NCBI GenBank assembly: GCA_002269645.1
Contig: NIVC01004665.1
Coordinates: 1 to 38,684 of the forward strand
Length of the DNA: 38,684 bases
Origin: Macrostomum lignano
Lineage: Eukaryota
Direction: 5' to 3'
A program made the translations under genes and the position numbers. Under the pieces are notes generated by a model that worked only from the letters and a program-made list of their open reading frames with translations, had not been told where the DNA came from and did no database searches. Shown here piece after piece: positions 25,011 to 34,071 of this stretch (position 1 is its first letter; each line of letters starts with the position of its first letter).

Positions 25011-28000
25011 CTACTCGCGGGCGCCAATACGACCACCATTTGGCTTGAACTTCACGCCCGGGAAGCAGTCGGGATGCTCGCCTCTCAGCAGCACCCGGTC
25101 CTCCTCCGTCAGATCAACTCGACCTGATGGAGAAATGTCCGGGTTTTCAATGACGCGCCATGATAACCAATTGCATCCATTTATACCTAAGAAGCTTTGG
25201 TCCAAAATAACGTTAGGACTTTTAGGGTCTTCCCATTATTACAATCCAATCTAGCATTAGATTCTAAGAGTGAGTGATTCTTTGAGTGAGAGCGTGATTC
25301 TTAGGGCGATAGAGTGATTCTTAGGGCGAGAGAGTTGTTCTTAGGGCTATAGAGTTATTCTTAAGGCGAGAGAGTGATTCCTAAGGTAAGAGAGTGACAT
25401 GAGAGTGAAAGGCGAGTGAGTGATTGGTATTCACCGTTTGGAAATCGATAAACCCAGAATATGATTTGCTCAAGCGGTTTTCCCTCTGTGACTCCGGTCC
25501 CCTCTCACCCTCGTGTCGGGCGATGAAGGCCAGGCAGATGCGGGCGGTGAGCAGAACAGCGTCGCGCGGGTGCAGCGAGTCGGCGAGACCGATCCGCCTG
25601 GACAGCCAGGCAGACAGGTACAGCCCTGCGTCCGTCTGCGCCGCGTGGTTCGCGCCTCTGCGGGGTTTAGGGCGGATCTCGGATGAGTGAGCATTAGGAT
25701 TCTTAGGGTGAGAGTGATTCTTTGGGTGAGAGTGATTCTTTGGGTGAGAGTGATTCTTAGGGTGAGAGTGATTCTTTGGGTGAGAGTGATTCTTTGGGTG
25801 AGAGTGATTCTTTGGGTGAGAGTGATTCTTAGGGTGAGAGTGATTCTTAGGGTGAGAGTGATTCTTAGGGTGAGAGTGATTCTTTGGGTGAGAGTGATTC
25901 TGGTAGGGCGAGGGTGGTTCTTAGGGTGAGAGAGTGATTCTTTGGGTGAGAGTGATTCTGGTAGGGCGAGGGTGGTTCTTAGGGTGAGAGAGTGATTCTT
26001 TGGGTGAGAGTGATTCTGGTAGGGCGAGGGTGGTTCTTAGGGTGAGAGAGTGATTCTTTGGGTGATAGTGACTCATTGGGTGACTCTACAGTGATTTTTG
26101 TAGGGTGAGAATTATCCTTGTAGGGTTAGGGTGATTCTCGTAGGGTTAGGGTGATTCTCGTAGGGTTAGGGTGATTCTCGTAGGGTGAGAGTGATCCTCG
26201 TAGGGTGAGAGTGCTTCTCGTATGGTGAGGGCGATTCTCGTAGGATTAAGGCGATTTCTAGGGTGTGAGAGAGTGATTCTTACGGTGTGAGTGATTCTTT
26301 GGGTGAGAGAGTCATTCGTAGTGTGAGAGTGATTGAGAATGAGAGTGACAGGAATTATTCAGATTCTTAGGGTGACAGAGTGGTTCTTTTGGTGAGAGAG
26401 TGATTCTTAGTTTAAGAGAGTGCGATTCTTAGTTGCGAGTGTTTGAAGCTCACTATGCCAAATTGTACCTGATGCTCAGGTTGGCCTTCATCTCCTCGCT
26501 CTCGATGGCATCCAGCACCGCCTGCACCCGCTGGGCGTTGGCCTCCCAGTGAAAAATTTCGTTGCTAAGAAACAGCACGGGGATCTTCACGTTGTTGTAG
26601 TGCTCGGGGTCAACCGGGTGCATCCAGATGTCCAGCAGGCTGCAAGTTCTGTGGTTAGATGGCAGCGAGCGGTTATAGGGATAGTCGCAGCGGCTACCCA
26701 CTCCCCACCCACCCCACTCCTCACCGACCCCCCTCCCCACCCACCCCACTCCTCACCGACCCCACTCCTCACACACCCCACTCCTTACCCACCCCACTCC
26801 TCACACCCCACTCCTCACCGACCCCACTCCTCACCCACCCCAATGCTCACCCACCACTGCTTACCCACCCCACTCCTCACCCACCCCATTTTTCCCAATC
26901 TTACTTGTACACTGCCTCAGGCGTTGTGGCAAGCGTCGTTAATGCGGTGGCGGCGCCGAACGAGTGACCCATCAGATGAACTCGATTCGGGTCGATCAGG
27001 CCCTGTGCAGTGATAAAAGAAAGAAAAGTATAGAAACTGGAAAGTTTTTCTTTAGACCCAAAAGCCTCCAGTCTGGGAGATGAAGAGCGCCCGTGTCGGA
27101 GAGTGAAAGCCGCAATAATGACTATTGAAGTGGACAGACGCCAAAACTAAACCCGTAGCAACTAAAATGACCTCCAAGGTGCTTGAATTGGCACACCAAT
27201 CACCTGAACTGGCACACTTAGCACCTGAACTGGCACATCTAGCACCTGAACTGGCACACTTAGCACCTGAACTGGCACATCTAGCACCTGAACTGGCACA
27301 TCTAGCACCTGAACTGGCACACCTAACACCTGAAATGGAACACCAAGCAGCTGAACTGGCACCTCGCGAAGCTGAGCACCCAGAAGCGCCCCCAGCAGGA
27401 CTCACCCGGAAGCTGGCCAGCAGGCTGTCGGGGCAGCCGCCCAGCTCCTCGGGCAAGCGATTGGCCACCGGCGGCTGCCCCCTGCCCAGCGCCAAGACGG
27501 CCTCCGTCAGCTGAAGGCACTCGCCGGCCCGCCACCGAGCCTGCGCGTGCCGCCGAGGAAAGTCGTTCAACTGGCCCGCCTCCATAGGCAGCCAGCGGCG
27601 TTGCCCGTCGACAACGTCGAAGGACATCGATGCGGAGCCGTCGCGGTGTTCAACGGCAGCCACTAGGAAGCCGCGCGAGGCCAGCTCCAGGCACAGGGAC
27701 GAATAGATGTGACGCTGAGCGCCCAGGCCGTGCGAGAAGATGATGACTGGCAGAGGCTGCGCGGGCCGCAGCGGCTCGGCCTGCCAAGCGCAGTTCAGGC
27801 GCAGCCGGCCGAAGCCCCAGCAGAGGAAGGCGGACAGCCAGGAGCCCCAGTTGGAGAAAGCCAGCAGGCCGCGCACGTACTCCGGCTCCGTGTAGGGGTG
27901 CCCGGCGCCTGGCGCGGCTAGCGCGGGGTAGAATAGGCGCGCCAACACACCGCCGCCATTGTCGGAGGCGGGCCCGGTCAGCAGGTCGAGCGCTCCGACC

Positions 28001-28029
28001 GGGTGCGGGCCGCAGGGCTCGAACACGAA
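25011..28029 (-). CDS. PLA2G7: Platelet-activating-factor acetylhydrolase (PLA2G7/PAFAH2-like). Exons 28029-27406, 27002-26905, 26648-26469, 25657-25509, 25123-25011; 5' start not located
   Basis: GPHPVGALDL..RLFYP; PVIIFSHGLGAQRHIYSSLCLELASRGFLVAAVEHRDGSA; nucleophile motif GHSFG; LLDIWM (Asp); RGANH (His). Junctions are GT-AG with consistent phases (0,2,2,1). PLA2G7 versus PAFAH2 is not resolvable. Confidence 0.88.
25265..25435. repeat. GAGAGTGATTCTTAGGG-type minisatellite (short block)
   Basis: Degenerate ~20-bp units in the last PAFAH intron. Confidence 0.8.
25700..26440. repeat. 18-20-bp minisatellite TTAGGGTGAGAGTGATTC / TTTGGGTGAGAGTGATTC
   Basis: Many tandem units, homogeneous at 25700-26070 and degenerate afterwards; includes TAGGGTTAGGGTGATTCTCG units. 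Confidence 0.92.
26695..26890. repeat. C-rich CACCCCACTCCT minisatellite filling a PAFAH intron
   Basis: Repeated ACCCCACTCCTCAC units between the 26905 and 26648 splice sites. Confidence 0.85.
27185..27365. repeat. 21-bp minisatellite GCACCTGAACTGGCACA(C/T)(T/C)TA in a PAFAH intron
   Basis: About 7 copies between the donor at 27405 and the acceptor at 27003. Confidence 0.9.
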
Positions 28030-29598
28030 CTGGAATGATTGGCGTTGATTCCAGTTGAGGGTGAAGAACTATTGCGAAAGGAGTTTTAAAAGCTTGGAAT
28101 TACACTTCCAATAACACTTTTAAATCAATAACATTTCAATAGACATTGTCTAGCTGCTTTCAGAAGAATATTCAAGCAATGATTTTTGAAAAAATGGTCC
28201 TGTAAGTTATTTCGCCTTTCATGGATTTTTATAGAGCTATACAAGTATGGAACATGCCTAACCTGCTTACTCTGAAAGTTTGCCTTGATTAATCTGTGCC
28301 GAGCCCGTGAAAATGCATGCACATGTACACGAAAAGTGCAGTAAAGTTACGCGAAGCGAGAGTTAGGAGAGTATAGTTGTGTGGATATTGCGACAGCAAA
28401 CCTCGGCAGGAATCGTGCAGGGTGAGGGAGAAATGTCAGAAAAGCGCACAAAGGTTTTTATGCACTCAATAAAAATCTGCCTGAAAACCTTGATCCCTAA
28501 GGTAGGAAGTATTAGGCGGCAAGGAAATTTCTCTCTAAAAACTCGCAACGGAAGTATGAGTGGGGAATTTGAACTGAGGAAATCGATAACCGCCATTTGT
28601 TACCTCGCCGCCGCCCCCCGCCGCCGCTGTCCCACTTTGCAGACTTAAGCCCCAACCTTGCCAAGCGTTGGGGCAGTAAAATTCCTTAATCTGAGCAGAC
28701 CGAGTTTCTCCTGCAGCGCGCAGTCAAGGCAATGAGCTGCAGTGTTGGATCGCAAGAAGCTCGGCGAGTCGAGCAGCGGGATGAACACCCCGGAGCAGAT
28801 GACACAGCGTCCAACGAGGCGAAGCGGAATCCCAAGGAAGATGAGCCGTCAACTCGCTGGCTGCGACTGCGGCGGCTGCAGGTGCTGCTGCTCGAGCTGG
28901 AGCGGCGCGCCAGGGCAGCTCGGACGCTGCCCAGAGCAACGCAGGGTTGCTAGGGTGGCTCAAGAATGAGTTCGAGTGACCAGCCTGCCTGGCATTATTT
29001 TCTGCCAAAGTTTGCACTCCTCTCGTGTAAAGTTAGTGGACAGTTGAATACGGGTTTGACAGACTTCAATTTGATCTTGGATTTCTATTTCTTTTATCTT
29101 AGAGCTGAGAAAAACACCACTTGTGAATATTTTAACCGCTTTTCTAACTTTATTACAAGTACAATAGCACAAAGTATAGCTAATCCAAATATTTATGGTA
29201 TGGTGCAGTACAAAAATTTAGGTCAAACTCTTTTTAGCACCTATTCTTCGAGTCTTGGCTCAAAGCGCAAAAAATTAAAATTATACATTTCACAAGTCGA
29301 TATTGCTATCTTAGCTGCTTTTATTGCGCATAATCCAAAACGTTAAACATTAATACTTGACATACTTTTATTGACTCGTAGCTTATTCCACCAACAAAAC
29401 AGAATGCTCTGTTACTTATTTAATTATCCTAAACTCTTGCTGCTGCATATTTTTTCGTTCGAATGAACCGATATCTGGAATTAAAAGTTTTTTTAGAAGT
29501 CTAAGTTGTATCATTAAAAAGGAAATATAATATTTGATATAGCCACGAAGTCCCCACACCCAATCGACTCAAGGTTTTTTGATACCTCATGCCGCATG

Positions 29599-29698
29599 AG
29601 TAGTAGTATGTTATAAGGGGCTGCGCCACACTTAATTGCTCGGGCGCATTGCGCGCCAGCTCGCTGGATGACTCAGCCCCTTATAACATACTACTACT
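29599..29698. repeat. 25-bp perfect inverted repeat with Polinton-like AGTAGT ends and a 50-bp spacer
   Basis: AGTAGTAGTATGTTATAAGGGGCTG (29599-29623) and CAGCCCCTTATAACATACTACTACT (29674-29698). Confidence 0.95.
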
Positions 29699-30101
29699 AC
29701 CAGGAGGTCATGGATTCAAGTGGGTGTGTGATATGTAAATATACATATATCTGTGAGTGAGGGTGTTGAGGGTGAGGGCATGTGGGGGGCATTGGCCTGT
29801 GGAATATTTCACCGAACACAGATTTTCCGGAATTTTTATACTTTTAAAAAGGGGGGGTGCCCTCGCCCTCATGCCCTCACTCATTTTGAAAATCACTAAA
29901 AATAAGTGAAAAATGACTAAAAACAGGTGAAAATGGTCTGAAAACAGCGATTTTTTGTGATTTTCTAATTTTTTAAAAAGTGCAATTTTCACGATTCCAG
30001 CTCTAAAACCATGAGAAAAGTTGGATTCACGGGTCAATTTAATGCAATTTCAGGTATATACAATATGAAAGTGTCATCTAATTTGACGATAGTAAATTTT
30101 A

Positions 30102-30117
30102 TATATATAAAATGGCC
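30102..30117 (+). promoter_or_regulatory. Putative TATA promoter of the left arm
   Basis: TATATATAAAATGGCC ~90 nt upstream of the first long ORF, mirrored at 38004-38020. Confidence 0.4.
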
Positions 30118-30205
30118 TTCAGTAAACCATTATTTCTAGGAAATGCTTTAGATATTCAGTCAGGTATAGACATAATTGACAATTAGGCATAATCGCCATA
30201 TAAAA

Positions 30206-30946
30206 ATGAATGATAAAAATGAACACATCTATCCTGTGGTTGAGCTGCATGAAGCAGATTTGAGGGAGCGGGACTATTTCAATCAGAGAAAGGGTGAAAT
30301 CAAAGGCAGTATTGAATGCATTACGAAAGATCTTACAATTTATAGCAAAAAGGTAAAAAAGTACAAACGACAAAGTAGCAGGATAAATTGGATCAACATT
30401 GTGAAAGGAAATGTAAGTCTCTTGGCTGCTACAGGAATTGGCATAGCAACATCGATACTGACATTGAATCCCTTAGTTATTGGAGTAGTAATCGGGGCAA
30501 TGAGTGGTTTTGAAGCTGTAAAATCCACGTCGTTGTTTGCAACTGTGAAAATTCATTGCCAAAAGCAGAAGGCAAAATACATTGTTCTCAGAGATCTGGC
30601 CAATAAATACAGAGAGAGATTATATATTTACTCCCAAAAAGCAGTTGATGATTATAGATTAACTCTTGAAGAGGTTCAAGCAGCTACTGCAATTTATTCA
30701 GAATACAGAGAGAAAAGAGATCAATTGTTAGACGCCGGTGTTGCGCCTGAAGATGTTAACCATTCGGAAGTCGTTGATAAAATTCTCAAAGAGAGTAGAC
30801 TTGGTCATTCAGCGAAGGAAAAAATTAAAAAGGAACTGCTGGAGAAAGATCTGAGAGAAAAATTGGGTCTAGCCGATAAGCCAAAAGAGTACTCGGCAAC
30901 ACTCAATCTTCAATCAAATGCTCCAACTGCACCCCCCTATGCTTGA
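30206..30946 (+). CDS. Viral-type membrane protein (246 aa): coiled-coil, hydrophobic hairpin, coiled-coil, C-terminal PTAP
   Basis: AAAAATG start; IYPVVEL..KKYKR followed by hydrophobic VSLLAATGIGIATSILTLNPLVIGVVIGAM. The layout resembles small membrane ORFs commonly found beside PolB in animal Polintons (recalled, not searched). Confidence 0.7.
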   Translation: MNDKNEHIYPVVELHEADLRERDYFNQRKGEIKGSIECITKDLTIYSKKVKKYKRQSSRINWINIVKGNVSLLAATGIGIATSILTLNPLVIGVVIGAMSGFEAVKSTSLFATVKIHCQKQKAKYIVLRDLANKYRERLYIYSQKAVDDYRLTLEEVQAATAIYSEYREKRDQLLDAGVAPEDVNHSEVVDKILKESRLGHSAKEKIKKELLEKDLREKLGLADKPKEYSATLNLQSNAPTAPPYA

Positions 30947-30971
30947 GTCTGTTTAATTTTTTTTCTTAAAA

Positions 30972-33900
30972 ATGGAAAGGAAAATACCAGCGGCCTCTTA
31001 TGAATATGATCTCGACACCGTTGAAGAAATTCACGGTTTAATCTCCCCAATTCTTTCTAAACATTTGATGGCTAGAGATTCAATAAAATACAGAATTTCC
31101 TTTGTCGCAGAATTTTATAAAGGAACTACCGACAGTTGGATTGAGTTCCAATATCATTCAAAGTATCGAACTTTGTTAAATCTGCTTCAAGTTGAAGATA
31201 GTATTGAAAGTACAATAAGGGATGTTCTGGATGAATTTGATGAATGGAAGGATAGTTTTAATGAAAGGGGATCGGGATATTATTTTGTTAAGTTAGTAAA
31301 GATTGTGTTGAAAGTTGTTGGCATTAATCAGTTGAAAGGAGGAACTTATATTTCAATTCCAATTAAATCAAACGCATTAGTAAATGTCAAGAACACTAAA
31401 GACAATAGGTGCTTTCTCTGGTCTATTTTAGCAAAGCTGCATCCTGTGAAGGAACATAGATATAGAGTTGGTAAGTATACACAGTATATAAATGAAATAA
31501 ACTTAGGAGACGTTAAATTTCCAGTGGACATTCGAGATATCTCTGACATTGAAAAGTTGAACAGTCTTCATATAAATGTGTTTGGATTAAGGGATATAAA
31601 TACTAAAGAGTCAATATATTCTATTCGTCTGACAGAAGATTACGACAACCCCAATGTTATTGATTTACTACTTGTCAAAAATCATTATTGTTTAATAACA
31701 GACTTGTGTTTATTCCTCACGTCCCAAAATTACAACAGGGTTTTTCTTTGTCGAAAGTGTCTTCAAGTCAAATACTCCCAGGATGCACTGGATAATCATA
31801 AAGCAATCTGTAATGACTTCAAAGTGTCAATTGAAGTTCCAAAGATTGATAAGAGGATATTAAAGTTTAAAAACTACCACATGAGTGTAAGAAAACCATT
31901 TGTGTTTTATGCAATATTAGATTATGTAACGATGGATGATAAATCACTAGAGCTATCACAATGGACACTTTTTACTAGTTCCGACTATGAGGACATTATA
32001 AAATCAAATATTATTTCAAATACTACAGTGGAATCATTCGTTGAAACCGTAATAAAAAAGTTTGAGCATATAAAAAATGAAATGGATAGATATAAACATC
32101 CAAGATTAAGTGATGTCGAAGAGACTGATTACAAAGCGGCAGAACAATGTTTTCTCTGCTCAAGGCCATTTGTAGATAGTAAAAAAATTCGAGAGCATAA
32201 TCACTACAATGGTAAATATCGCGGCGCAGCATGTCAATCATGTAATACCAAAGAGGGCAAGGCGAATCAAACAGTACCGTTGTTTCTCCTGAATGAATCT
32301 GGAAAAGATCTAAACTATTTGATAGCTCCATTAACACGAATGAATAATAAAAATATATATATTGGATTTTATTTCTAAAACATCGGAAGACCATGTTGCA
32401 ATTAAGTTGGGGAATTATACCAGTGGTGTTGTGTTTTTAGATGGATCTAGGTTTTTGGAACCACCATTTACACTCTCTAAAGAAGAAATAAAATATTTGC
32501 CACCCAGTGATACAACAGCAGTAATTAGAAAGATTTACTCATTTGTCAATGCTTTTGAGAAGTTTCGATCAACATTTTTGAAATATTTCAAGATAGATCC
32601 TGCGTATTGCTTTTCCCTTTCTGGATTATCGTGGGCATGTGGGTTGAAATATACTAATGTGGAATTGGAATTACTTGGTGATAAAGAAATGATATCCATG
32701 GTAGAAAGTGGTATTCGCGGCGGTTTCTCTGGAGTTCTTGGAGATCGATATAAAAAAATGAATAACAAGTATTTAGAAAGTTATGACAGCAATTCTGAAT
32801 CGTCGTACATGCTATACTTGGACAAGAATAATTTATATGGTGAAGCAATGATGAAAAATCTACCTGTGGGAGATTTCAAGTTTGAAAATGATCTAGAGTA
32901 TCACAAGAATATTCCTAATGGCAGGGGTTGTTTTCTTGAAGTTGACCTTCAATATACAGAGGAATGTAAGAAAGCTACAAGTAAATATCCACTGGCTCCT
33001 GAGAAACGAACAACTAGGTTTGAGGATTTATCTGACATACAGAAGCAATACCTCGAAGTCGAAAAGAAAAAGTTTGTTCAATCCAAGTTGATGTTGACAT
33101 TTTACAACAAGGAGAAATATGTTTTACATCACAGACTACTTGAGTTTTATGAGAAGATGGGCATGCGAGTTGCGAGAGTTTATAGAATTCTTTCATTCAA
33201 AGAGTCAAACTGGTTGAGTAAATACATCGAATTTAATACCAGGCGGAGAATGGAAGCAAAAACTAAATTTGAGAAAGACCTGTGGAAACTACTAAACAAC
33301 TCATTCTACGGTAAAACAATCGAAAATGTAAAGAATAGGTCGAACTTTCATCTTGTAGCTGAAGAAAAAACTGCAAGGCGTTATTTTTCCAAACCAAATT
33401 TCAAAGATTTCATTATGTTTAGTGAGGATGCGGTTGGTATCCAAATGTACAAAAAGACAATTGCGTGTGACAAGCCAATTTATTTAGGAATGGCTATTCT
33501 GGATTATGCAAAAATGTTCATGTACGATTGCTATTACAATGTTATTGAGAAGAATTGGAACAGCTGTCAATTGCACTATTCTGATTGTGATTCGCTGATA
33601 TTCTCAGTGATTACTCAGGATGTTTATGAGGATCTTGAAAAAATTAAAGAACACTTAGACACATCGGATTATCCAAGAGAGCATCCACTATACTCCGAGA
33701 CGAACAAGAAAGTCATTGGAAAGTTGAAAGATGAAATGAATGGCTCAATAATTTCCGAAGCTGTATTCCTGCGGTCAAAGGAGTATGCTTTCACTACAGT
33801 TTCAGGGGAGTGTGTTACGATCAAGGGGGTTGATAAAAGCAGTACAAATATAAAGTTTGAAACATTTAAAAAACATACTATTGACAGATTACAAAGATAT

Positions 33901-34042
33901 TCAAAGAGGTAGAGTAAGTATGACTGTATCTGAAAAAAATAAAATATATATTCGTGAGATTATGAAACAAACAATGAGTCCGTTAGATGATAAAAGATAT
34001 TATTTGGATCCTATCAGATCTATTCCTCATCAGCCAATGTAA
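30972..34042 (+). CDS. polB: Protein-primed family B DNA polymerase (Polinton type with an endonuclease VII-like insert); two 1-nt frameshifts; ~1022 aa when rejoined
   Basis: GSGY..KGGTYI..CFLWSILAKLHP; CFLC..EHNHYNGKYRGAACQSCN; GIRGG; motif A YLDKNNLYG; motif B KLLNNSFYGK; motif C YSDCDS; KKVIGKLKDE; RSKEY; KGV; DDKRY. The frames join by removing one T at 32367-32370 and one A at 33868-33873. Confidence 0.92.
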
Positions 34043-34071
34043 TCGCATTGATAACATCTTCGTTTATTTTT

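Noticed and set aside
27125-27514. ELAHLAP heptad-repeat ORF and the CASSGA-repeat tail of ORF 27052-28026
   Set aside because: They come from a 21-bp intronic minisatellite after the GT donor at 27405; the PAFAH frame resumes at 27002.
32361-32372. Programmed frameshift at GGATTTT in pPolB
   Set aside because: The required shift is +1, whereas G_GAU_UUU is a -1 signal. A second indel later in the gene and similar indels in HERC favour error or decay.
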